This document shows, one piece after another, positions 28,496 through 41,256 of a DNA stretch of 64,000 nt. Source of the stretch: Eledone cirrhosa (lineage: Eukaryota). Position numbers and translations under genes: made by a program. The notes under the pieces were generated by a model that saw nothing but the letters and a program-made list of their open reading frames with translations, was not told the DNA's origin and made no database searches. Where the stretch lies: the NCBI GenBank assembly GCA_964016885.1, contig OZ024743.1, positions 293,446,001-293,510,000 of the forward strand, read 5' to 3'. Within the stretch, counting starts at the first letter, position 1. Each line of letters opens with the position of its first letter.

Positions 28496-29166
28496 TGCTA
28501 CTGTACGTCTGTATACATATATGTATGTACGTATACATACATACTTACATTTATATATATATATTCATATATTCATATATATGTATATACGCATACATAC
28601 ATACATGTGTGTGTCTGTTGAATTGAGTGTTAGTCATCAGTTGAGTTTACCCTGTCATATTGTTTCATGTATGCATTGTCACTCTTGATATTGCTGCTGC
28701 TGTTCTTGTTGCTATTGTTATTGTTGATGCTATTGTTGTTGTTGTCATTGTTGCTGTAATTGTCAATGTTACATGTGATTGTATTTTTTTAAATTATATT
28801 TTTCGTATTCCTATAAGAATGATTCATGAATTGCTGCATGACTTTTTATCTTGTGGTGATATACATATATATTATATATATATATATATATACACACAGA
28901 CACACATACACATATATATATATACGCACACATGGTAATACATATGTGTGTGTATTCACATGCACTCACATACACATATTCACGATATGTGTGTATACGT
29001 GTGTCATTGTGTGAAACTCATATCATGCACTTTATATTGAACAAAAAAAGAAAAGATACACATGCGCACACACACACATATATTTGTACATATATATATC
29101 ATCATCATCATCGTCGTTTAACGTCTATCTTCCACGCTAGCATGGGTTTAGACATATATATATACA

Positions 29167-29211
<45 letters not shown>

Positions 29212-29627
29212 GTGTGTGTATATATATATATATATGTGTGTGTATATGTGTGTATATATATAAATATATATATATATATGTGTGCGTGTGTGTATATATA
29301 TATATGTGTGTGTATATATATATATGTGTGTGTGTGTATATATAATATATGTGTGTGTGTGCATATATATATATATATATCTCTGTGTGTATATATGTGT
29401 GTGTGTGTTTATATATATATATCTGTGTGTGTGTGTGTATATATATGTGTGTGTGTATATATATATATATATATGTGTGTGTGTATATATATATATATGT
29501 GTGTGTGTATGTGTTTGAATATATATATAGCATTTTATACTGCTGGCAGTGCTATTTATCAACATGGAAGCATCAACAAACTTTCAAATATCATTAATGC
29601 TAGCCTCCAGTTATTATTTGTATCTTT

Positions 29628-29815
29628 GCGGTGGATTGGCAATATCGGTAGAGGGTCGGATGCCATGCTTTGACGCATAGAGTTACGACCCTTGTCATTC
29701 TGAGTTCAAATCCCGCCGAGGTTAACTTTGCCTTTCATCCTTACGGGGTCGATAAAATAAAGTACCAGTCACGCACTGGGTAATTGCTGGCCTTGTGCCA
29801 AAAAGTAGAAACAAT
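29628..29815 (+). mobile_element. SINE family B with TSD
   Basis: Consensus match; ATTATTTGTATCTTTGC on both flanks. Confidence 0.92.
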
Positions 29816-30202
29816 TATTTGTATCTTTGCAAATGTGTTTGATGCTACCTTAACTTCCATTCCTTTATTCTTCATTGCTAAATGAGTGTCAACTTGAGCA
29901 TTTCTCAACATTTTCTCTTTGTTTTGTTTTTTTATCAATGGAATTTTAGAATCTGGAATGTGTTCTTTCTTCTTCATCTATGTTAAGACCTTTTATTAAT
30001 GTATATAGGGCACCATTCTGGTTGTTTTCTCAATCTGTGTCCAAGTAGTTAAATCATTTTCTTCATACCCACTTGGATTCTGACTTATCCTCACTGCCTA
30101 GCATCTCAGATAAATCTACTATATTTTGGGGCTGACTAGTTCCTTGTCAGTGAAATTTGGTAGACGAAAACAATGTGGAAGCTCATTGTCTATGTATATA
30201 AA

Positions 30203-30383
30203 ATAATAATGATTTCTACTATAAGCACAAAGCCAGGAATTTGAAGGGGAGAGGGAAGTCTATTAAATTGACCCTAGTGCATTATTGGTGCTTTATTTTA
30301 TCAACCCCCGTAAGGACGAAAGGCAAAACTAACCTTGGTGGAATTTGAACACAAACCGTAAAGAACCCTAACTCCATACTGCA
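30203..30383 (-). mobile_element. SINE family B, 5'-truncated
   Basis: Reverse-complement consensus match. Confidence 0.8.
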
Positions 30384-30515
30384 AAAAGGAGTAGAAATGA
30401 GGCAATAAAGCATCATTATGTTTATTCACGTGTGACACGTATTTTCACAATCAAATACCTCAATGTACGATCGGACCCAACCCTGGAATTGATGGTTCAG
30501 CAGACATGTAGATTC

Positions 30516-30554
<39 letters not shown>

Positions 30555-30690
30555 TGTGGAGTACAGTGAATTACTGATGTTGGTACCAAATCAAGCACTC
30601 TATGCACAAGCAGATTGTGAATAATAGAAAAAAACACGGAAATTTTGTTTACATATAAAAAAATATTTGTGTATCGACTTGTTCTATCTA

Positions 30691-31408
30691 TCTATATACC
30701 ACTAAAACTCTGATCTTGATTGGTTGCTTGCTTGCTTGCACACACTTTCTCTCTCTATATATATGTTCATATTTGTGTATATACAGGTTGTCCCCCCCAA
30801 AATGTATACCCACTTTGATTGCCTCTCCATGCATTATTTGTTAGGATGGTGTATACATTTTTAGGGATCCCGGTATTATTATATATATATATATATAGTG
30901 TCCCCGAAAAATATATACATACTTTGATTACCTGTACAGGCAATATATATATTAGAATGATGTATACATTTTTAGGGACCCCGGTATATATATATTATAT
31001 ATATATGGTGTCCCCGAAAAATGTATACACACTTTGATTACCTGTACAGGCAATATATATATTAGAATGGTGTATACATTTTTAAGGACACCGGTATATA
31101 TATATATATATATATATATGGTGTCCCCGAAAAATGTATACACACTTTGATTACCTGTACAGGCAATATATATATTAGAATGGTGTATACATTTTTAGGG
31201 ACACCGGTATATATATATATATATGGTGTCCCCGAAAAATGTATACACACTTTCATTACCTGTACAGGCAATATATATATTTGAATGGTGTATACATTTT
31301 TAGGGACCCCGGTATATATATATATATATGGTGTCCCGGAAAAATGTATCCACACTTTGATTACATGTACTAGACTACTCGTGACTCGTTGGGTCACGAG
31401 TAGTCTAG
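30691..31408 (+). mobile_element. Candidate Helitron enclosing a MITE array
   Basis: A|TCTATATACCACTAAAAC start; terminal hairpin CTAGACTACTCGTGAC...GTCACGAGTAGTCTAG|T. That both ends belong to one element is inferred. Confidence 0.45.
30784..31368. repeat. Tandem array (about 5.5 copies, 105-115 bp period) of a tiny Tc1/mariner-like MITE
   Basis: Each unit has inverted ends GGTGTCCCCGAAAAATGTATACAC / GTGTATACATTTTTAGGGACACC, separated by variable (TA)n. Confidence 0.8.
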
Positions 31409-31417
31409 TTATATATA

Positions 31418-31856
31418 CTAGCAGAAAAACCATCCTTCGAGTTGTTTTCTGCTAGCATGTGTAGTGTGTATATTGATATTATACGCAAGTATATATATAT
31501 ACACATAGATATGATACAGCAAATAAAATCGTAATCGACAATATACACAGCAATTGAACGAAGACTGCATTACACTGTCTTATGTAATCAGTAACGCAAT
31601 CCATTGACGGAAATATATGACTGTTTATTTAAGCGATTGCTAACCGTAATTGTTGACATTTGAAAATTTTAAAGAAGTGAATCTTAAAATAAGCGACAAA
31701 ATTATTTATATTTAATCAAGAATAACGAAATTTAGTAGATAAATTATGTAATATTCATTAATTATATATTGAAATTAATCCAACTTATTTTACAAACGGG
31801 ATAAAAAAATATATTCTGGATGCTGTCCTGCACTCCTCTCTTTAATATAGTTTAGA
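31418..31856 (-). mobile_element. Non-autonomous Helitron-like element
   Basis: Minus strand A|TCTAAACTATATTAAAGAG start; terminal hairpin CTAGCAGAAAA...TTTTCTGCTAG|T. Confidence 0.6.
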
Positions 31857-32331
31857 TATATATATAAGGCTAACAACAATACGTATTTTCTCTCCTAATT
31901 ACCCTTTTCACCATTTTCATTTTTTTACAATGATACATTTTCCTTCTTTGTTCCATCTTGGTCCCAAACATCCACTTTTCTCTTTCTACTGATCGATCTT
32001 CCAATCCAATGAAAGACTAGCGTCTGAAACAATGATATCCTTTTCCAATTTAATGAGTGTTAAACTAATACACTATCATTGAATTGTATTGTTCTCCTCT
32101 GTTGCTTTTCATTGTTAACGTTTTTCACACACACTCACACATGTACGTCAAAACTCATCCTTTTCCATTCTTTAGAGGGTTTTAAATCCCTCTATCGGAC
32201 TAAAATTTCTTTAGTTAAAAATATGGCGAAAGCTTCTATTTCTGCTAAATTTCAAACTTCACATATATATTCATATAATCTACCATACCAGATTGAGCAT
32301 TGTTTTCCTTTTTCCTATTTTCACACACACA

Positions 32332-32408
<77 letters not shown>

Positions 32409-32556
32409 TAACATTAATTTGGTAAAGATACCCGAGGTGTAGAGCACTTAGTGCATGGGACGAGTTTTAATGTTATTAAATTCAATACTACAATAAAGAC
32501 ATAACAGGGTGACACACAAGGACATGTGTTTCATTGAATTCATGAGAATGATCAAC

Positions 32557-32768
32557 ATTGGCAGTATCGGTAGAGGGTTGGACGCCATGCTTTGCAGCAT
32601 AGAGTTACGGCCCTTTCCATTCTGAATTCAAATCCCGCCGAGGTTAACTTTGCCTTTCATCCTTGCGGGGTCGATAAAATAAAGCACCAATAACACACTA
32701 GGGTAGATTTAATCAACTTCCCCCTCCCCAAAATTACTGGCTTTGTGCCTATACTAGAAATCATTATT
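32557..32768 (+). mobile_element. SINE family B
   Basis: Consensus match. Confidence 0.88.
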
Positions 32769-32819
32769 TCTGGCAATATTATAACAATATGACCCTCCCC
32801 AAATATAACACATATATGT

Positions 32820-32884
<65 letters not shown>

Positions 32885-32924
32885 ATGAAATATAAGAATC
32901 AAAGAACTGTTCAAAACATTTTTG

Positions 32925-32971
32925 TGCTTACAACTGTTTCCTCCAAACCGAGGTTTGGATTCTTCGGAGCA
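32925..32971 (-). ncRNA. Type I hammerhead ribozyme with U4C core variant
   Basis: UGCU CCGAAGA A UCCAAAC-cucg-GUUUGGA G GAAA CAGUUG UA AGCA. Confidence 0.65.
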
Positions 32972-34418
32972 ATTTATTAATGAATGGACAGTTATATGAC
33001 CTCCTTTTCCCCCAAGAGACATACAGATACATATGCAAATATTGTGGGTCAACATTCATTACAGCATTTAGAGTGGCAGTACACTTAGAGATTACATTCA
33101 TATTAAAAGGTACAATCAAAAATCAAAAATACAGGTTAAAATACAACATGAAAATAAGCGGTTATATAGTGCAAATGTTATATGTGTGGCAAGCACGTGC
33201 GTCTTGTTTATATAGTGTGGCAGAGAGTTACGTGTAGTAGAAGCACTTAGGTAGGTAAACAAGAGTGTTAGGTTGGTTGATCTGGTGGCAAATTCTTTAT
33301 ATGATTGTTATAGTCTGTGTGTGGAGAAATGATATAAGCATTAAACATAGTGCAAGCATTAAAGATATTAAAAGTATTGGAAATGCACAGCGAAGGGATG
33401 ATATGGACTTCATGTACTTCGACATTTTCATAGTCAGGGGAGTGTATTTTTCAGATTATATGCCCCTCACATAATCCACGACAATTCGATATTGAGCGTT
33501 TGACAATCCAGTTAGAGAATCGTAGTCTGATGTTCTTTAGTTCAATACAGGAGGCTGTTACGTTTCGAGAATCGACATTGAATACTACCCGGAAGTGTGT
33601 GTGTGGCTAAGGGGAGTTAATGCATGAGGGGAGGTAACTCCGAGGTTTCTATTACTAGATATTGAAATGTGTCTCAAAATAGACCCTAATTTCTATGGTT
33701 ATGCGCAACTTCCAAAAATTTCTAAAGCATAAAGTGTTTTAACTATAGAGTAGTCAATTTTGTTGTGCTGAATGTGTTCGTATTATTATGGTGAATTGAC
33801 CCCCATCGTAGGGTGCCACAAATGAATATTATAGATGACGAGCGAGGATTCTAAATTAATAATCTCTGTGGTTGTAGTCTACTCATAGGACCAGGCGCAG
33901 TGATTGCAGAATCACTTCAACACACAATGATCTCTGGTAAGTTCTGGGTCATCGCTTGCTACATTGGCTGTCGAAAGATAATCATCACCAGGGCCGACCA
34001 GAGGTCAATCCGCAGTCCTCATGACCCCACTCTGACCATCAAATCATCCATATATGTACTACCCGCACGCCAGTTGCAATACATTCATTCTCTGCACTCA
34101 GCGTCCTGGTCCTACTGTTCAACAGCGTTACTAGATTAAATCGTTTTTCATCTGTCCAAGGAAGGCACTTCCTCCGCACAACACTACCAAGCCAATCAAT
34201 TTATGCTTAAATTACCTATAGAGCGGTGTAGTGCAGTTCAAGTGGGTGGATGTTGTCACACCTAACGTAGAGGTATAAATGGGTATTCTCCCTGCGAAGG
34301 GTTCCAGAGAGATGTCGTTGTTTGTTTTATATTAGATCAGTTAGTGTTGGGTATGTGGTATAAGGTGTGCCCCTGGTGTTTGATGCTAGAGGTGGTGTTT
34401 GGTTCAAGTCCGACATTG

Positions 34419-35525
<1,107 letters not shown>

Positions 35526-36998
35526 ATATATATATATATATATATATCATCATTATCATTTTACGTCCGCTTATATATATATACATATGTATGTACACAT
35601 AATGAATATATATACATATGTATACATGTATATGTGTGTGCATTATAAATTGTACATATATGTGTATGTTTTGTCTCTATGTATCTATCAATCATCCCCT
35701 CTTTCACTGCAAGTACCCACTGCTTCTATTACGTTCCCTCTGCCATCTCTCTCTCTTTCTATTCAATTCTCTCCTTTTGTGTAATTATAACTGTATACAT
35801 GTATATATGTGCCTGTGTGTGTGTGCACACTGGTGTAGATGTTGAAAGTCAGAAAAACATTTTTTATGAATGTTATCTGTCTCTTTGTCTATTTATATCT
35901 CTATCAATCTATCTACCAGTCTATTCATTTCTATCTGCCCATCACATGCAACCCACACATCTTGTATTCACTAACATAGACCACATTCTTCAAATAACCA
36001 TCAGACAAATCTCATTCATAGAATATATCCAATAGTTCCTCTCTATATCTCTCTTTTTGTCCTTCTCTCTATATGTTCCTCTCTCTGTATCTCTTTCTCC
36101 TCTCTTTCTCTTTCCCTCTCTAATACTCTTAAAGAATTTGCCAATTATATTCTTAAAACAAAAGAATGCATTCATTAAAGCAATGACCTGCCACCCCCTG
36201 TCCCTGCTACAAAACAAAAATAAAGACGAAAATTACACATACAAAATCAATATGAGAAACTACAATAAAATGTCTTGTAAAACAGTTTCAAAATAACCTG
36301 AGACCTAATTGCTTTTAACCCAAATATTTCAATATGGCAGTTAAAAAGATGGTTGTATCTTTGAAAGGTGACAATAGATGGACCAATTTTTTTCCACTAA
36401 ATCTGTTGGGAGATTGAGAAATAATTTGAATGAAAATCATTTCTTGTAAATACTTTTATATATTTTCTTGAATTAAAAGAAAATTGTTGTGAGGAAATGT
36501 GAAGCTTTTTCTTTCTTTTTTTTTTCTGTGTGTGCGGGCATAAAATCTTTCATGTGGTATGAGGTGACACAAGATCGACCAATTTTTTCTACTAAATCTG
36601 TTGGGAGATAGCCAAGTAATTCCAATGAAAAACATTGCTTATAAACTTTTTTATATATATTTTCTTAATTTGAATAAAATTGTTTGTTTTGTTGACGATG
36701 TTTGAAGGTTTTTCCCCTTTTTCCTTTGTGTCTCTGTGAGAACAAATTTAGAGTCATTAAAGCATCAGATAGTATGCCTGGCAGTATTTGTTCCAGCTCA
36801 CTGCACTTTTAGTACAAATCCTGCCAAGGTCAACTTTGTCTTTCATTCATTTGGGGTTCATAAAATCAAGTATAGTGTTGGATTGAAATGCTTTGCACTG
36901 CCTCTTCTGATATTTTACACTCTGAGTTCAAATTCCTCATAGTATTCAAATTCTACCAATAGCTAGTGCTAACCATCCAACTACTGAATTACAGCTAA

Positions 36999-37784
36999 TT
37001 AACACTTTCATGATTGCATTTCTAATGAAATATACTTTATTTTAATTAATTAATGAAGAATTTTGATGGATTTACTAAAATCATTAATTATTTTATTATT
37101 AACATAGTAACTTAATATGAGGTTGTTATATAAAACTAGCAGTGGTACCCGGCGTTGCACAGGATAAGGTATTGTGAAATATGTAACTGCCTTAACTAAG
37201 CTTAGTATTGCCACAACCACGGCTGGCAAAGAAGTAAGGGTCTGGTGGTACGTAAGTAAGCAACACTGTGGCTTAAAACGTGAGGAAGAAGTTGTGTGCA
37301 CTTACCAACTGTTTGGGGAATGAGTGTGAGATTTGTCTTGAGCAAGGGGGGCAGAATAACTGGAGGCAGCAGACAGTCAGACATACAGACAGATATTATA
37401 AGGGTGCGTTCCGGACGCAGAGCGAAATTGTAGGAAGTGACGTAATGCAGACAGATATTATAAGGGCGTGACGTTATATGTATGTATCTATCTAAAAAGA
37501 GAAAGACTAAGAATTATAGAGAGAGATTGCTAAATCGCCTAATGCAGTCCCTACCTAGGGCATTGAAAATTTGAAATTTGTTTTGCTCAGAAAACTCCCT
37601 GAAACATAAGTATTACATGTGTAAAGTTTGAAAATAGTCGGTTGGGTGCTTCTCTAGTTTTAGGGATTCAAACTCACACACACACAGACAGACATCCTCA
37701 GTTTTATATATATAGATTATGTTGGAAGATTTTAACTTAAATTGGAAACCTTTATAATGACCAGGTTGGTAACTAAAGGGTTAA
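36999..37784. mobile_element. piggyBac-like MITE interrupted by a Helitron
   Basis: TTAACACTTT ... AAAGGGTTAA ends; body homologous to 18645-18832. Confidence 0.6.
37136..37716 (-). mobile_element. Non-autonomous Helitron
   Basis: Minus strand starts A|TCTATATATATAAAA, ends with subterminal hairpin (CCTGTGCAACGCCGGG) and CTAG|T; no TSD; flanks rejoin into the repeat seen uninterrupted at about 18715-18745. Confidence 0.85.
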
Positions 37785-40398
37785 TAAAACTGCTATGTGT
37801 AGTGGGGGATTTCTATTGTAGTTGAACAATTATGATCATGTATTTGGAAAGAAGTGATGAACGATGGACCAATTTTCTTTTTCTTCCCACTAAATTTGTT
37901 GGGGGTTTGAGCTATAATTTAAATGAGAAGCATTACTTGTAAATACTTTCATTTATTTTCTTGAAAAGGAAAAAAAAAAAAAATTTAATAATTGCAGTAA
38001 GGAATTTTGGATAATTTTGTGTGTGAGATTTTCTATGTAGTGACAAGTTTTTTACATTTTACATTTTATCTGATTCCCCATTGAACAGATATAACAATTG
38101 TTAGTATTTTTTATTTCAGTAAATATATTTATTAATTTGTATTTCTGTGAAGTGGTTTCACAGTGGTTTAAGAGTTGGATTCATAATCAGGAGATCGTGA
38201 GTTTGATTCCTGGACCAGGTAATGTGAGGCATATGTGATGTCACATGTCTTAGTAGTTAGTGTTGGATTCACAATCACGAGATTGTGAGTTTGGTTACTA
38301 GATAGAGAAATGCATTGTGTCCTTGAGAAAGACACTTTATTTCACATTTGCTTCAGTTCAGACAACAGTAAAAATGAGTTGCTACGTCACTGGTGCCAAG
38401 TTGTATCAGCCTTTGCCTTTCCCTTCATCCCACATTGGCATTAGCCATGACAGATCTAGTCAGCTGGTGATGGCTAACAAACCTGCTAATAAAAAACAAA
38501 CAGAAGATCTCAGGTCATCAGCCTACCTGGTGTTGGATGAAGAGATGATGATTTATTATTTTCTCAGTTATCACATTCAGTGTATACCATATAAAATTGA
38601 AAATCTCCCATATATTTTGAATTGCCAGTTTGAACAGTGGAGGTAGTGGGGTGTCTTATCAACACCTCTTATTTCTACAGCAGTTACAGGAGAATTAATA
38701 CATACATATGGTGAAAGAGGATACCCATGACAGAAGGAATCTGTGTGATAGTTTTTAATTGTTGCAAGGCTATAAATTTGTGAACCATCACTTAGAGTTA
38801 TTTCCTTCACAACAGGGTTTGGGGTTTGTATTTGACTGCATGATACCAAACCTTGTGAGTGAAATTGTTAGAAATTATAAGGGCATCCTGATGTCACACA
38901 CTAATACATAAATACTAACGATATAATGAGTATGTAGGCATTTATCTCTGTGTCTTTTCTTCATGTTTGACATTACTAGTGCAAGTTATGATGTTTGTTT
39001 ATGTCTTACATAAACAGAAATCCTGTATCTTTGCAGTTTGATGTATAAAAGATCCATCCATACATTTGCCATATAATTCTGTCTCAAAAAATCTCATCCC
39101 AACCCATGCTACCATGTAAAACAGACATAAAACAATAATTCTGAATGAATAATTAACACTTTCAATACTAACCTGCCAGAAACTACCACACCTGTAATAA
39201 AATAGTCCAATTAAAGTGTTCATATTTAAATTTTAATTTTCAATCATAATTTCATTTAAGAAATTTGTTGCCTGGTTTTTAACACCAAAATTATCTTATA
39301 ACTCTCCAAATTCTTTCTTTTTTTTTCCAAAATTAATTGAAATGCATTCAATGTATTTCATGAAAAAATAGTCAAGAAAGGTTTAATGTAGTTGGTCATC
39401 ACCATCATTGTTTAATGTCCATTTTCCATGCTTGTATGGATTAGACAGATTGTCACATTATGAGACGAGTCAGGTCCAGAGACCACGTCTTGCTCATACA
39501 TATCTGTATTTTGGCTTGGTTTATATGGCTGCATGCCCTTCCTAACAACAACCATGTTACTGTGTGGATTGGGTACTTTTTATCGTGGCATTGAAACAAA
39601 CACCTTAGAGGGCGAACTGGGTGCTTTTTGTCATATCACTAACACGACCACTTTCCAGTGTAGACTGGATGTTCTTTGTTGTGTCACTATAAAACTTTTA
39701 TTCATATCAACCCCAGAAGAATAAAAAGTAAGAGTAGAACTGTTTAGGATGTGAACTGGAAATCTAAAGTCACACATCCAAATATTCTACAAATACTGCG
39801 TATTTCTTTCATTTCTGTGTATTCATCTATGTATGTATATCTGAGTACATTTGTGAATGTGCGTATATTAGTGAGTGTATACATGTGTGTGTAAGTGTGC
39901 TTCTATTTATGAGAGTCTGTGTCTCTGTGTGTATTTATGTCTGTATGTGAGTGAACATGTGTATCTTCTGTGTTTGTATATGACTGTTCGTATGTATTTA
40001 TGAGTGCATATATGCGTGTGTGTCTGTGTGTACCTGTACATATGTATTTGTGTGTGTGTGTGTGTTTGTCCAAGTTTTTATCTATTTATAATGTCTTCCT
40101 GAAGGTCAAATTATCAGGGAGCTGGAATTGGTGTGTCTGTGTGTTTGCATACGTGCGTGAATGCAGATAAACATTTCATTTCATTTTACGTCCGCTTTTT
40201 CCCTGCTTCGAAGGTTGGGACTATATATATATATATATGCACACACACACACACGTGTGTGTCAGTGTGTGTGTACCCACTAGAAGTCAGTTATTGTAAT
40301 CATAAATAATGTTATCAACCAGTTATTGTTATTGATAAAAAAATCTTTGTTGCTAAGTGATCACAATAAGCGGCTTTCAGTTCAGATACAAGCTTATG

Positions 40399-40429
<31 letters not shown>

Positions 40430-40433
<4 letters not shown>

Positions 40434-40557
40434 TCATCATCATCATCATCACCGTTTTACGTCCGTTCTTCCACGCTAGCATGGGTTAGACGGGTTGTCC
40501 TGTTGTGGGCAGTGTCTGGTCGGCTGACCATGCCTTGCTCATACAGGAACTGATGAG
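40430..40557 (-). mobile_element. 3' fragment of the SINE variant at 53408-53583
   Basis: Near-identical reverse complement. Confidence 0.75.
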
Positions 40558-40624
<67 letters not shown>

Positions 40625-40856
40625 GTCATATATATAATATATATATATGTATATGTATAGAGTGTGTGTGTGGTTGCATATGTATGTGTTACTATGTGGC
40701 TGGTAAGGGGGTTGTTATCTAATAGAATACCACATATTTTAAAGGCCAAGTCAGATGGGATTTAACACACATCTCAGTAAGTCTTCTATGTGACTGTGTG
40801 TCTGTGTATTTATATATGTATGGTTGCAATCATTCATTCATACATATATTTTTATG

Positions 40857-40887
<31 letters not shown>

Positions 40888-40967
40888 CTGTGTATGTATA
40901 TTTTATAAATATATTTTTGTGCGTGTGTTTGTATGTATGTATATATATATATACATATATATATATA

Positions 40968-41157
40968 TAACGAAGGAAATGTGGTAAGGAACCAGGTGGA
41001 CCATAACGCACCAAAGTACTCAATACTTGAGGTAGTAGAGTGGATAATAGGAACCAGTAAGACCCCGACAGCTGAGCTCAAGCCGTTTCGACGGCTAATT
41101 CTGGATTAGCCGTCGAAACGGCTTGAGCTCAGCTGTCGGGGTCTTACTGGTTCCTAT
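40968..41157. repeat. Fold-back element, same family as 22204-22400, opposite orientation
   Basis: Inverted arms 41047-41157 centred near 41102; extension 40968-41046 is the reverse complement of 22322-22400. Confidence 0.9.
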
Positions 41158-41167
41158 ATATATATAT

Positions 41168-41252
<85 letters not shown>

Positions 41253-41256
41253 CATA

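Larger units (their letters stand above)
27234..28552. mobile_element. Non-coding HHR-bearing repeat: two tandem 470-490 bp units plus one inverted partial unit (retrozyme-like or PLE pseudo-LTR array)
   Basis: Units start ATAAGTTGAAAAAAATG at 27234, 27704 and 28194; 28212-28552 is the reverse complement of most of the unit; fragment also at about 22088-22187. Confidence 0.8.
36378..38040 (+). repeat. Three copies of a 150-200 bp local repeat (about 36378, 36578, 37863)
   Basis: GACCAATTTTTT...CACTAAAT.TGTTGGG.GA recurs; third copy displaced by SINE, MITE and Helitron insertions. Confidence 0.7.

Noticed and set aside
30784-31368. CRISPR-like regular repeats with palindromic units
   Set aside because: Intervening sequence is identical or (TA)n rather than unique spacers; eukaryotic context, no cas genes
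31995-32045. HHR-like CCAATGA-AAGAC/GTCT-GAAAC
   Set aside because: Core has two substitutions and stems I and III do not pair convincingly; at best a decayed relic
32515-32558. GAAAC-ACAU-GUC half hammerhead on the minus strand
   Set aside because: 5' core absent at the SINE junction; too short to support
33889-33936. Possible 48-nt host exon (AG...GTAAGT)
   Set aside because: Weak polypyrimidine tract, no recognisable peptide, lies within a probable PLE 3' region
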